A stretch of DNA of 64,000 nucleotides from an uncultured Gemmataceae bacterium (GTDB lineage: Bacteria; Planctomycetota; Planctomycetia; Gemmatales; Gemmataceae): assembly GCA_963750165.1 (NCBI GenBank), contig CAVVPN010000001.1:224001-288000 (forward strand), given 5' to 3'. The notes beneath the pieces are model-generated. The model made no database searches. It was given only the letters and a program-made list of their open reading frames with translations, and was not told the DNA's origin. Below are positions 43,190 through 53,152 of this stretch, piece after piece. The position numbers were made by a program, and so were the translations under genes. Positions within the stretch are counted from its first letter, which is position 1, and the number at the start of each line of letters is the position of its first letter.

Positions 43190-44233
43190 ATGGACATCCC
43201 CCCGACGCGCTCCCCGCTCCTGCCCGACCGCCACCCGATCCAGGACTTCTTCATTTGCGACGTGGCCGACGCCATCCCCAAGGACGACATGGGGTCGATG
43301 GAGCACCCGATCTTCTCCCTGGCCACCAAGCCCGACGTGAGCATCCGGGAGTACGAGCACAACGGCGTGCGCATTTCCGTCCTGCCCAGCGCCCTGGGCC
43401 TGGCCACCATCCACGACAAGGACATCCTGATCTACTGCATCAGCCAGCTCGTCGCCAAACTGAACGCCGGCGTGCCGCTGCAGCAGGCGCTGCACCTCAA
43501 AGCCTACGACCTGCTGGTGGCCACCAACCGCAACACCGACGGCCGCGGCTACGAGCAGTTGAAAGGCGCCCTGGACCGCCTGAGCGGGACCCGTATCCGG
43601 ACCAACATCCGGACGGGGGACCAGGAGGTCACCGAGGGCTTCGGCCTGATTGATAGCTGGAAGATCGTCCGGCAGACGAATGGCGGCCGCATGACGGAAC
43701 TGCGGATCACCCTCTCGGAGTGGGTCTTCAACGCCGTCGCCGCCCGCGAGGTTCTGACGCTTCACCGCGATTATTTCCGGCTGCGCAAGCCCCTGGAACG
43801 CCGCATGTACGAACTGGCCCGCAAGCATTGCGGCAAGCAGGACGAGTGGGCCATCTCCCTGGAACTGCTCAAGAAAAAGTGCGGCTCGGCGTCGGACGAC
43901 TACGAATTCAGGCGGCTGGTTGGCATGATCTGCGAGGAGGACGCGCGCCACCATCACATGCCGGATTACGCCGTCTCCTTCGACGGCGCCAATGTGCGAT
44001 TCGTGAACCGCAGCACCTTGCGCCTCCTCCCTGCCCCGCCAGCGGCCTACCCCCTGCTCGACCCGGAAACCTACCACGACGCCAGGACCGTGGCCCCCGG
44101 CTATGACGTGTACTACCTGGAGCAGCAATGGCGATCCTTCTGGATCGAGAGCGGCAGGCCAGAGTTGACCAACCCGGACGCGGCCTTCCTCGGCTTCTGC
44201 AAGAGCCGCCACAGCAAACAGCCAAACCCGTAA
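43190..44233 (+). CDS. repA: Plasmid replication initiator protein A (RPA family)
   Basis: DFFICD...KDDMGSMEHPIFSL, GLATIHDKDILIYCISQL and YFRLRKPLERRMYELARKHCG. Confidence 0.92.
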   Translation: MDIPPTRSPLLPDRHPIQDFFICDVADAIPKDDMGSMEHPIFSLATKPDVSIREYEHNGVRISVLPSALGLATIHDKDILIYCISQLVAKLNAGVPLQQALHLKAYDLLVATNRNTDGRGYEQLKGALDRLSGTRIRTNIRTGDQEVTEGFGLIDSWKIVRQTNGGRMTELRITLSEWVFNAVAAREVLTLHRDYFRLRKPLERRMYELARKHCGKQDEWAISLELLKKKCGSASDDYEFRRLVGMICEEDARHHHMPDYAVSFDGANVRFVNRSTLRLLPAPPAAYPLLDPETYHDARTVAPGYDVYYLEQQWRSFWIESGRPELTNPDAAFLGFCKSRHSKQPNP

Positions 44234-44323
44234 GCGGCGTGCCTGTGGCGTAAGGAACAGGTCCGTCATCCGCTCAAGGGGTTGGCGGAATGGGCGTAAA
44301 CATGACCTCGCTCCGCGAGGCCC

Positions 44324-44593
44324 TCAATCGGGTTTCGTTGTCTCGTCGGCCGGCGTCAACTCACGCTCGATCAGGGTGCGGACCTTGTCCTGGATGGTCA
44401 CGCCCTCGACGACGCACCGGCCCTTGAACGCCGTGTGCAGCGGCGCCGGGAGGTTCAGGGTCAGCCGCTTCTGCGGCCCCTCCTCTCTGGGCTCCGTCCC
44501 ACCCCGCACCCACTGGTCTGGATGGGCCGGCAACTCCTCCTTGGCTGCACGCGGCCGCACGCTGAAATCCACTTTCTTTTTCTTGCCCGTCAT
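44324..44593 (-). CDS. ParG-like RHH centromere-binding protein (89 aa)
   Basis: KRLTLNLPAPLHTAFKGRCVVEGVTIQDKVRTLIE; ATGA overlap with parA. Confidence 0.85.
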   Translation of the reverse strand: MTGKKKKVDFSVRPRAAKEELPAHPDQWVRGGTEPREEGPQKRLTLNLPAPLHTAFKGRCVVEGVTIQDKVRTLIERELTPADETTKPD

Positions 44594-45240
44594 GACGCCA
44601 ACTTCAGCACCTCCTTGGCCAGGGATTGAATCTCCTTGCTCGCCGCGCTGTCCGCGTCGAGTTCCAGCACGGTGCGCCCGTGGGCGCTTTCGGCGAAGGC
44701 CACCCGCTGGCAAACGGTCGTCTGGAGCACCGGCTGCGGATATTGCTTGAGGGCCTTGGCCACGTCGCGGCCGATGGCGGTGTTGGCGATCTTGCGGTTG
44801 ATGACGAACGCCGCCTTGAGGTGAGTCTTGTAGGTGGCACACTCCTGCAGCAGCTTGACCGTCTCCTCAGCCGCCCAGACATCGAACTGGCTCGGCAGGA
44901 CCGGGATCAGGACGGCGTCGCTGGCCATGACGGCGCTCTTGGCCACGTCGTACACCCGCGGCGGGCCATCGATGAGGACGACGTCGAAATCCTTGGCCAT
45001 CTTGGGGAGTTCCAGGTGCAAGATGGGCTTACTCATGCCGATGACGGCGAACGGCGTGTCCTGGCCGCGGGCGGCGACCCAGTCGAGGGCGGATCCCTGG
45101 GGGTCGGCGTCCACGACCAGCACGCGCAGTTTGCGGCCGGCCAGGGCGGCGGCCAGGTTGACCGATAAGGTCGTCTTGCCGACGCCCCCCTTCTGGTTGA
45201 TGACCGAGATAATCAAGCACTGCCCTTTCGTTGCGTTCAC
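44590..45240 (-). CDS. parA: Type Ib ParA partition ATPase
   Basis: NQKGGVGKTT, VDADPQGS and LIDGPP; short form without an N-terminal HTH. Confidence 0.93.
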   Translation of the reverse strand: MNATKGQCLIISVINQKGGVGKTTLSVNLAAALAGRKLRVLVVDADPQGSALDWVAARGQDTPFAVIGMSKPILHLELPKMAKDFDVVLIDGPPRVYDVAKSAVMASDAVLIPVLPSQFDVWAAEETVKLLQECATYKTHLKAAFVINRKIANTAIGRDVAKALKQYPQPVLQTTVCQRVAFAESAHGRTVLELDADSAASKEIQSLAKEVLKLAS

Positions 45241-45267
45241 TGGCCATTCCCTGGCGCGTCGGCAGCT

Positions 45268-45614
45268 TGCCGCTTTACCGGCAAGGCGGAAAACCGCTTC
45301 CCCGCCGACCCGCCTTCCTGCATAAACGGTTTTGCGGCGATGTCAAGCGGATCGTAACCGGGCGAAGCGGCAAAGCGCAAAGGCGGAAATCCGCCGAAGC
45401 GTGTCGGCGCTTCGGCGGGTGAGCGTGGTTGATGTTAAGCGTCCAGGCGTGTTGGCAGTAAAGCGCGTTGCTACAATTCCGCCGACACGCTGAAGAGGGA
45501 AAGCGTAGAGATTGTTCAGCGTGAAAGCGGTAAACCGCTTAGGCGGCAACGCGCCGAAATAAGGAGGCGGTAAGGCGACCGAGCGGAAAGGCGGCGATGT
45601 GGCAATACGGCAAC
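45268..45614. repeat. Degenerate 8-bp-period GCGGNAA-type repeats upstream of parA; candidate centromere/operator
   Basis: Runs at 45367/45375/45383/45391 and 45567/45575/45583/45591/45599/45607. Confidence 0.6.
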
Positions 45615-46086
45615 ACTGCGATCCGCCGATGTGCTTCCCCGCCAAGGCGTGTCCACGCCGACACAGTTAAGCGGCTGACTGAAACCGGGGATTTCCCGGG
45701 GAAATCCGCCCGGGTTGGCACGGTCGATAATTCCGAAGCGAAGCCTTCGGGAAGACGCCTGCCCTACTTAAGGAACCGCGAAAAATAATCTGAACTGTTG
45801 TCGATGTCAGCTTAGGATTGCAGTAATGTCAGTAGCGGCTTCAGTAGGCAGGTTTTCTGCAATCGGGGCGACGGGCAAGGGGGTGTCCCATCAGGCGCGG
45901 GAAGGGGAGGGCGACGGTCGATTCGGGGAATGAAAAGCCCTGACCCTCGGTGGCCGGAACGGGCAATCACCGCGGGTCAAAGCCCGACGGCGTGGTAGGG
46001 CGAGCCGCGCCTGGCTGCCGGTGATCGACCCGGCCGTATTCGGCGCCCAGGCCGCATCAGGCGGGCAGGCACCCTCAGCCCTGCGT

Positions 46087-46647
46087 TCACCCGCGGGACT
46101 TTTTCTCAGCACGCCATTCGCCTGACCGGATCTGCTCCGCGAAGAGAGGGTAGGTGTGGGCCTGCTTCTCGATCGCTCGCTCCTCGCGCTTCACTCGGCT
46201 TGCCGCGAGTTGCTCGGCGGAGCGCGGCTCGTAGCGTTCCAGGGCGGACCAGTACAGGTGGTAGCGTGGGCAGGGCGCTTGCCTGCCCCGGACCTCGATG
46301 GTGCGCGTCGGGTGAGGCTCGTGCAGCAGGTCGCCAAAGAGCGGTTCGTGGCTGCCGGCAGAGAGAATTTGTCCGTCGGGCATCTTGCGAAGATAGGCCG
46401 AGTTCTCGGTGAGCCGCTGCTCGCCCCGGTAGACCTTGTACGCCGTGGCGGCCGGTTCGGTATCTCCGGTGCGGCGATGGTCGCTGTCGATCAGGGAAAG
46501 TTTCATCCAGGGCGTCCAACCCGGGCCGAGGGCCGCGAGCGCCAGGTGTTCCGCCTCCGCGTACACTTCGTTCTGGCGGGCGGCGATCTCCCGCCGCGTC
46601 CGGGCGTTTTCGATGTCCTGGGGTGAGGGGCTTGCGTCGCCAGTCAT
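46087..46647 (-). CDS. Hypothetical protein (186 aa), paralogue of 15930..16454
   Basis: High similarity between the two in-window copies. Confidence 0.75.
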   Translation of the reverse strand: MTGDASPSPQDIENARTRREIAARQNEVYAEAEHLALAALGPGWTPWMKLSLIDSDHRRTGDTEPAATAYKVYRGEQRLTENSAYLRKMPDGQILSAGSHEPLFGDLLHEPHPTRTIEVRGRQAPCPRYHLYWSALERYEPRSAEQLAASRVKREERAIEKQAHTYPLFAEQIRSGEWRAEKKSRG

Positions 46648-46831
46648 ACGCCCGGAGCATATGGCGAGGCCGGCGGGGGCGCAACAGATTTCGGGCACGT
46701 GAACCGCCGGGCGGCGGCTTCACCGTCACATCATCCAGCGGGGCGGGGCCGAGATGAGAGAAACGCAGCTGGCGGTCGCCACGATTTTGCCCAACTGGAA
46801 ACACCGGACGCGGATCATGGACGGCCCTCCC

Positions 46832-47071
46832 TCAAACTGGGCCTGACGGTTTCGCCGTCTCGCCCGGCGGGGTGAGCAGCCCATACGGGTCGTCGTCGAA
46901 CAGCCGGGCGAATGGCACCAGCTCGAAGTCCTGGCCGCGGCAATTGACGGCGCAGATGACGAAGACGGGCTTTCCTGTTGCCTTGTCACGGCATTGAAGC
47001 AGGCAGGCGGCGCCGTCGCCGAACGCCCGCTTCAGGGTGTTGAAATTATTTCGATAAGACTCGGGTATCAT
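46832..47071 (-). CDS. DUF6117-like small protein
   Basis: YRNNFNTLKRAF..G..CLLQCRDKATGKPVFVICAV...PFARLFDDDPY; GAAAGGA RBS. Confidence 0.75.
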   Translation of the reverse strand: MIPESYRNNFNTLKRAFGDGAACLLQCRDKATGKPVFVICAVNCRGQDFELVPFARLFDDDPYGLLTPPGETAKPSGPV

Positions 47072-47124
47072 CGCTGGATTCCTTTCAAAAGAAATGGGCG
47101 GGCATGGCTGCCCGCCCGGTTGAG

Positions 47125-49080
47125 TTATGCGGCTTTCCTTGCCTTCTTTGCCCTGGCCGGCTTCGTCGCCGGTGCGAGGTGAAACGCCATTCCGTCCGGC
47201 AGCCACTCCTTCAGTGCCCGCACCTGCTCCGCCGTGCGGCCGTACTTTTCCGGTTCGTCGAAGGCCCGGTGCAGCTGATCGACGAGCGCCGCCTTCTTGT
47301 CGCCAGCCCGGGAACCCGACCACGATGCCCCGAGAACCTCCTGGCCGATGGCGAGCAGCTGGTCGCGGGTGATGCGGCTTAAATAGTTCTCCCTGGCCGG
47401 ACGCCAGTATTCCGCCACGTCCGCTTCCGTAAGCGCCAGGGCAGAGTCGTAGGCGGTGCCTTCCTTGCCCGGAATTGGTTCCAGCTTCGGTTGCAGCGTC
47501 ATCGCAACGCAGTAGGCCAGCAGGTCGTGCTTGGCCGAATCAGGCAGCGAGCGGAAAGCCGCGAACCGGGCAGCCTCCGTTTTCGGCTTGAGCCATTGCA
47601 CGGGCAGCGATTCACGAAGCGCGTCGAAGGCAACGCTTGCCGCCGTCGATAACTCCGCGCCGGTTAGGCCATTGGCCGGGGTGGCAGGATGCCGCCTGAA
47701 CTGGACGTCCGGGCCGTCCGAAGCCGAGGGGGCGCCGAGCGTCCGGCTGGCTACGTCAAAGACCAGGAGGTCAAAGGCGACCGCCGGGTGCCGCGCGATC
47801 TCGACCTGGCTTACCTGCAACCGGTAGTTCGCAAGATCGCGCTGGAGCGATTGCGACAGGGGACTTTTCGGCTTGGCCGGACCCGCGTCGCCGGTGTCCC
47901 CGTCGGTCCTGAGCAATGTTGCCAGTTGCTTGCGATGCTCGCGTTTCACCAGGCCCTTATCGAAGAACGGCGTTCCGTCCTGGCCGATGGAGACGAAGCA
48001 TCCGGCCAGCGCCTTATGGTCGGCATCGAAGCCGACGAAGGCGGCGAGCTGTTGCTCCACGTCATCGAGTTGGTCACGGATCGCCTGCTGCTGATCGAGC
48101 AAGGCATCCGATTCCGTATCGTCGAGGGCTTGCTCGGTCTCGTTCAGTTCGGCGTCGAGCCGGGACTTTGATTCGACCAGCGCGGGCGGCGCATCGATCA
48201 GCCTCGGTTGAATCCGTCCGCAACGGTTGATCGCCTCCCAATCCCGTTCCGGGTTGAACTCGACCCAGCCCCAGCCCTCTGTCTCCAGTTCCTTGCGGAT
48301 GCCGTCGAGCTTTTCCTCGGCCAGGCGGTGCAGGATGGCCGGCTTTTCGAGATACACCTCATCACCGAACAGGTCGGCCCGCGTCGAACCGCCGGCTGCC
48401 CTGTAGGCTTCCAGCCCGACGAAGCGGGCCAGCTTGCTGCCGGCCTCGACCATCTTCTCGGTGAGACAGTCGCGAATCGTGCTCGGGTCGTCTTTCTGCC
48501 ATTCTTGCAAGGATTTGAAGACCTTGAGCTGACGGCGGTGGTCGTCGGTGACGGTGTAGGCCATCAGGCATTCCAGCGTCATGCCGTCATTGCGGTATTC
48601 CTGGAGCAGTTTCGGCGCGACCCGAGCCAGCTTCATCCGCTTATGGACGAGGCTCTCCTCGACGCCGAAACGCATCGCCACCTGGTCGGCGGACTCTCCC
48701 TGGTCGATCAGCTCGGCAAAGGCGGCGAACTGGTCAGCCGGGTGCATGGCGAGCCGGACGGTGTTCTCGGCGAGGCTCATTTCCAGGGCGTGCTCCTCAG
48801 TGACGATCTGGCATGGCACTGCGAAATCCTCGGGCAGCTTGCCCTCGGCCTGGAGCGTGCGGATCGCCTCCAGGCGGCGCCCGCCGGCGATGACGCGATA
48901 CGCGCCGTCGCCTGCGTCAGTGACGACGAGGTTTTGCATCAGGCCGTGGGCGAGCAGGGATGCCTTGAGTTCCTCCATGCCGCTCGCGGCGGTGGTGCGG
49001 CGGGCATTGAGGGGGGATTTCTCCAGCCGGCTGGCGGCGATGAGCTGCGGTTGCGTGCTGGTGTTCTGGGTATTGGTCAT
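47125..49080 (-). CDS. Large ParB/RepB/Spo0J-family protein of mobile elements
   Basis: SPLNAR, GLMQNLVV, VIAGGRRL and SLAEN..R..MHPADQ; GAAAGGA RBS. Confidence 0.9.
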   Translation of the reverse strand: MTNTQNTSTQPQLIAASRLEKSPLNARRTTAASGMEELKASLLAHGLMQNLVVTDAGDGAYRVIAGGRRLEAIRTLQAEGKLPEDFAVPCQIVTEEHALEMSLAENTVRLAMHPADQFAAFAELIDQGESADQVAMRFGVEESLVHKRMKLARVAPKLLQEYRNDGMTLECLMAYTVTDDHRRQLKVFKSLQEWQKDDPSTIRDCLTEKMVEAGSKLARFVGLEAYRAAGGSTRADLFGDEVYLEKPAILHRLAEEKLDGIRKELETEGWGWVEFNPERDWEAINRCGRIQPRLIDAPPALVESKSRLDAELNETEQALDDTESDALLDQQQAIRDQLDDVEQQLAAFVGFDADHKALAGCFVSIGQDGTPFFDKGLVKREHRKQLATLLRTDGDTGDAGPAKPKSPLSQSLQRDLANYRLQVSQVEIARHPAVAFDLLVFDVASRTLGAPSASDGPDVQFRRHPATPANGLTGAELSTAASVAFDALRESLPVQWLKPKTEAARFAAFRSLPDSAKHDLLAYCVAMTLQPKLEPIPGKEGTAYDSALALTEADVAEYWRPARENYLSRITRDQLLAIGQEVLGASWSGSRAGDKKAALVDQLHRAFDEPEKYGRTAEQVRALKEWLPDGMAFHLAPATKPARAKKARKAA

Positions 49081-49105
49081 AAACAGTTCCTTTCAGTTGA
49101 TGGTT

Positions 49106-49143
49106 AAAAATGAGGCCGGAAGGCGGCACTGCCGCCCTCCGGC
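49106..49143 (-). terminator. Possible intrinsic terminator/attenuator hairpin
   Basis: GCCGGAAGGCGGCA-C-TGCCGCCCTCCGGC stem followed on the minus strand by CTCATTTTT. Confidence 0.35.
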
Positions 49144-49150
49144 ATCCGGC

Positions 49151-49414
49151 TCAGGCTGCCGCCTGCTCGGATTCCTTGCGGGCCTTGGCGTCGGCCTGCT
49201 GCTGGTGCATGATCCAGGTGTGGGCGAGGTCGAACAGCTTGGCCATCGCCAGCAGGTCGTCGAAGCCGAGGCTGTCGGTTTCCTTCCAGGTTTCGTCGCC
49301 CTGCTTGTAGCTGCGGCTGGGGACGACGCTGTACCAGTTGCCTTTCTCGCCGTGGTTGCGCCAGATGGTGACTTGCAGGACGCCGGTGCGGATCTTGTGT
49401 GCGGGTTTGGACAT
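49151..49414 (-). CDS. Small putative ssDNA-binding (PC4-like) protein (87 aa)
   Basis: KPAHKIR.G.LQVTIWRN...YSV...RSYK....WKETDSL..DDLL; GAAGGAG RBS. The fold is an inference. Confidence 0.65.
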   Translation of the reverse strand: MSKPAHKIRTGVLQVTIWRNHGEKGNWYSVVPSRSYKQGDETWKETDSLGFDDLLAMAKLFDLAHTWIMHQQQADAKARKESEQAAA

Positions 49415-49464
49415 GGTCTTGGTCTCCTTCTCTTCGAGTTCCGGCCCCGCCAACCGGGGCCTTA

Positions 49465-49590
49465 CGGCACGCCAACGAACCCGCCTCAGCCGGGAGCGCC
49501 AGCGACGGTCAAGCGAACGGCCGAAGGCTTCCGCTTGCGGAAAGCGGCCGTGGCAGCTTTACCGGCCCGGCGGCGGGTTCATAAGTGCCG
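49465..49590. promoter_or_regulatory. ~125-nt imperfect stem-loop; candidate Frpo/ssi-like single-strand promoter or priming site
   Basis: Nested pairs CGGCAC/GTGCCG, GAACCCGCC/GGCGGGTTC, GCCGGG/CCCGGC, CGGTCAAGC/GCTTTACCG and TTCCGC/GCGGAA. Confidence 0.55.
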
Positions 49591-49927
49591 TGAGAGAAGG
49601 CCACCGGCGGGGTTGGGAGGCTGAAGGAGACCTGAATTCCAAACGCACAACGAAAGACAAACGGCCGGGAAAGGATCATTTCCGGCACAAACAAGTCCCG
49701 CAGACAAAGTGTCCGGTTTGGCAGGCAGCAGGCGGCAAGACGAGGACTGGGGCAGAGATCGCGGTAGGCGAGGGGAGGGGCCGGCGCGGGACTGACAGGG
49801 GCGTGACACCGCGTTGGCATTGGCCGTGCGGCGACTGGCTGAGGGTGCAGTGCCGGGAGACAGGAAACACAACCAGGAGCAATCGCACGGTTGATTTTTT
49901 GCCCGTATTGAGTGCATATACTGGCGC

Positions 49928-52618
49928 ATGCTCCGCATCACCCCGCAGGAAAGTGCCCAGGGCGCCGAGCGCTATTACGCCAGCGCCGACTATTACAGCG
50001 AAGGCCAGGAGATCATCGGCTCCTGGGGCGGCAAGGGCGCCCGACTTCTGGGGTTGGAGGGGGTCGTTGACCGGGAAGCGTTCGAGCGCCTGTGCGACAA
50101 CCTCAACCCGCGGAACGGTGAGCAACTGACCGCCCGCACGCGCGCCGACCGCACGGTGGGCTACGACTTCACCTTCTCGGTGCCGAAGTCGGTGTCGCTG
50201 CTGTACGCCCTGAGTGGCGACCGGGAAATCCTCGACGCATTCCGCTCGGCCGTGGAGGAGACGATGCAGGGCATCGAGGCCGAGATGAAGACGCGCGTGC
50301 GCAAGGGCGGCCAGGACGCGGAGCGCGTCACGGGTAACCTGGTGTGGAGTGAGTTCATCCATACGACCTCGCGGCCGGTGGAAGGGGTGCCCGACCCGCA
50401 GCTGCATGCCCACTGCTTCGTCTTCAACTCGACCTGGGACGAACAGGAGCGGCAGTGGAAAGCCGGCCAGTTCCGCGACCTGAAGGCGTCGGCGCCGCTC
50501 TACCAGGCGATGTTCCGGGTGCGGTTGGCGGGCAAGCTGCAGGACCTGGGCTTCGGCGTCGAGCGTAAGCGGGATGATTTTGAACTGGCAGGCGTGCCGG
50601 CCGGCGTGCTGAAACGCTTCTCGCGGCGGACGGAGCAGATCGAAGAGAAGGCGAAGCAGCTGGGGATCACCGACCCGGACCGCAAGGCCGAACTGGGCGC
50701 CGCGACGCGCGAGAAGAAGACCAACGAGCTGAGTTGGAACGCGCTGCGCAAGGACTGGGATAGCCGGCTGACTCAGGCCGAGCGGCAAGCGTTGGCGGCG
50801 GTGCATCGGCGGGAGACGCCCTGGGTCCGCCCGGTGCGAGGCGAGGGGCAGGCGGTGGACTTCGCGCTGGGCCACTGCTTCGAGCGCGAGTCGGTGGTGG
50901 CGGAGCGGAAACTCCTCACCGAGGCGTTGAAACGCGGCCTTGGTTCAGTGACGGTGGGAGGCGTGACGCAGGAACTGGCCCGGCGGCCGCTGATCCGGGG
51001 CGAGCAGGGCGGCCACGTCCTGGCGACGACCCGCACGGCCGTGGCGGAGGAGTCGCGGCTCCTGGCCTTCGCCCGCCAGGGGCGGGGGCGTTACCGGCCG
51101 CTGGGCGACCCGGCCCGGCCGGTGTCCCGAGAGTGGCTGAACGACGGGCAGAAGGCGGCGGTGCGGCACGTGCTGGGCTCGCGCGACCGGGTGACCATCG
51201 TGCGCGGGGTGGCCGGCACCGGCAAGACGACCCTGGAGCAGGAGATCGGCGAGGCGCTTGCCCAGGCCGGCAAGCAGGTCGTGGCCCTGGCGCCGACGGC
51301 CGAGGCTAGTCGCGGCGTCCTGCGCCAGGAGGCGAAGTTTGCCGACGCCGACACGGTGGCCCGGTTCCTGCGTGACCGGGCGATGCAGGAGCGTGCCCGG
51401 CGCGGCGTCATCCTGGTCGATGAGGCGTCGCTGCTCTCGACCAAAGACATGCTGCGGCTTTTTGACACGGCCGGCCAGGTGGAAGCCCGGGTGGTGCTGG
51501 TAGGCGACCGAAGGCAGCACCGCAGCGTCGCCGCCGGCGAACCGCTGCGCCTGTTGGAGCAGAAGGCCGGGTTGCCCGTGGCCGAGGTCAAGGACATCCT
51601 CCGCCAGTCGGGGGACTACAAGAAGGCGTCCCAGCTGCTGAGCGAAGGCAGGACGGCCGAAGGCTTCGCCGAACTGGACCGGCTGGGCTGGGTGCGGGAG
51701 GTGCCCGACGGCGAGCGCTACCAGGCCCTGGCCGGCGCCTACCTGGCGGCGACCGCCGAGCGGAAACGCAACGGGGAGAATAAGACGGCGCTGGTCATCA
51801 GCCCGACCCACGCCGAGGCGGCGCGGATCACCCACGCCATCCGCGACACGCTGAAGTCCCAGGAGAAGCTCGGCAAGGAGCGGACGTTCGACGTGTGGCT
51901 GCCGGGGCACCTGACCGGCGCGCAGAAGGCCGACGCCACGAACCTGGAGGCCGGGGACCTGCTCGTCTTCCACCAGAACGCCCCGGGCCGCAAGAACGGC
52001 GCGCGGCTGGTCCTGGGCGAGGGGACGCGAGCGCCGGTGGAATATGCGTCGCGCTTCGAGGTCTACCGCCCGGCAAAATTGTCGCTGGCCGTGGGCGACC
52101 GGATTCGGCTGACGGCCAACGGCAAGACGCAGGACGGGCGCTACCGGCTGAACAACGGCGCGCTGTACACCGTGGCGGGATTTACCAAGCGGGGCGACAT
52201 CGTCATCGACGACGGCCGGGTGATCGCGAAGGACTGGGGCCACCTGGCGCTGGGCTACGCCGTCACCTCGCACGCCAGCCAGGGCAAGACGGTGGACAAG
52301 GTGTTCATCGGCCAGTCGGCCCAGTCGTTCCCGGCGTCGAACCGCCGGCAGTTCTACGTGAGCCTGTCGCGGGGCAAGGAGCAAGCGCTGGTGTTCACCG
52401 ACTCGAAGGAGGGGTTGCTCAAGGCGGTGAGCCGGGCCGACGAACCGCTGTCGGCGACGGAGCTGGCCGCGAGCCGGCGGCGCCAGCCGCCATTGCGGCA
52501 GCGGCTGCAACGCCATCTAAGTTTTCTGCGGCGCCAGGCCGCCTTCCGGCAAGCGCACGAGCCGCTGCGGCCGGAGCTAACCAGGGCACAGGTACAGGAG
52601 CGGGACCATGAACGATGA
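49928..52618 (+). CDS. MOBF (TrwC/TraI-like) relaxase-helicase
   Basis: YY...DYY; GYDFTFSVPKSVS; FIH.TSRP...DPQLHAH; FSRRT; GVAGTGKT; VDEAS; GYAVTSHASQGKTVD. Confidence 0.95.
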   Translation: MLRITPQESAQGAERYYASADYYSEGQEIIGSWGGKGARLLGLEGVVDREAFERLCDNLNPRNGEQLTARTRADRTVGYDFTFSVPKSVSLLYALSGDREILDAFRSAVEETMQGIEAEMKTRVRKGGQDAERVTGNLVWSEFIHTTSRPVEGVPDPQLHAHCFVFNSTWDEQERQWKAGQFRDLKASAPLYQAMFRVRLAGKLQDLGFGVERKRDDFELAGVPAGVLKRFSRRTEQIEEKAKQLGITDPDRKAELGAATREKKTNELSWNALRKDWDSRLTQAERQALAAVHRRETPWVRPVRGEGQAVDFALGHCFERESVVAERKLLTEALKRGLGSVTVGGVTQELARRPLIRGEQGGHVLATTRTAVAEESRLLAFARQGRGRYRPLGDPARPVSREWLNDGQKAAVRHVLGSRDRVTIVRGVAGTGKTTLEQEIGEALAQAGKQVVALAPTAEASRGVLRQEAKFADADTVARFLRDRAMQERARRGVILVDEASLLSTKDMLRLFDTAGQVEARVVLVGDRRQHRSVAAGEPLRLLEQKAGLPVAEVKDILRQSGDYKKASQLLSEGRTAEGFAELDRLGWVREVPDGERYQALAGAYLAATAERKRNGENKTALVISPTHAEAARITHAIRDTLKSQEKLGKERTFDVWLPGHLTGAQKADATNLEAGDLLVFHQNAPGRKNGARLVLGEGTRAPVEYASRFEVYRPAKLSLAVGDRIRLTANGKTQDGRYRLNNGALYTVAGFTKRGDIVIDDGRVIAKDWGHLALGYAVTSHASQGKTVDKVFIGQSAQSFPASNRRQFYVSLSRGKEQALVFTDSKEGLLKAVSRADEPLSATELAASRRRQPPLRQRLQRHLSFLRRQAAFRQAHEPLRPELTRAQVQERDHER

Positions 52619-53114
52619 CGTGCTGGATTTCGTGAGGAAGAAGCCGGCGCCGGACGGCCAGGCCGTTCGGCATCCGCCGGCCGGGCGGCAGGACGAGCCG
52701 GACGAGGCGGTCTGCGCCGCCTTCGGCTACCTGCGCGGCCTGCACGAGAAGGCCCTGGCGGTGGAGTTCCGCCGGCGCGACGGCGACCGCGAGTGGCTGC
52801 CCTACAGCTGCCTGGTGTGCTGGCGGCACAACCCGAGCGCCGGTCTGCTCCTGAAATTCACGGGGGATGTGGTGACGCTTGTGTTCATCCGCGGCAGCAA
52901 CCTCGACGCGCCGGTGAACCAGGGCGGCGTCAACCTGACCGACCGCGGGCTGCAGCGGCACCGGGTCACCTACGTCCGCGAGATGAATGAGGACGAACTG
53001 CGGAAGGCGGGCGAGGGGGAACCGACCATCGACGGGATCGACATCGCGGAATTCGAGAGCGGCGAGGAACTGCGCGCGTGGGTGAAGCAGAACGCCCCAG
53101 CGTTCGAGCGCTGA
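52608..53114 (+). CDS. Hypothetical protein coupled to the relaxase
   Basis: AGGAG RBS; overlaps the relaxase stop; protein-like composition. Confidence 0.8.
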   Translation: MNDDVLDFVRKKPAPDGQAVRHPPAGRQDEPDEAVCAAFGYLRGLHEKALAVEFRRRDGDREWLPYSCLVCWRHNPSAGLLLKFTGDVVTLVFIRGSNLDAPVNQGGVNLTDRGLQRHRVTYVREMNEDELRKAGEGEPTIDGIDIAEFESGEELRAWVKQNAPAFER

Positions 53115-53152
53115 GGGAGTGATTTGCGAAAGCAAAGCCGAAGGACCGGATT

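Noticed and set aside
46726..46818. 30-codon ORF MIRVRCFQLGKIVATAS with a GAGGGAGG RBS
   Set aside because: Resembles the start of a small plasmid protein but ends at once; too short to assign.
49600..49927. Exact oriT/nic site
   Set aside because: The position is plausible, but I found no convincing match to MOBF nic sequences that I know.
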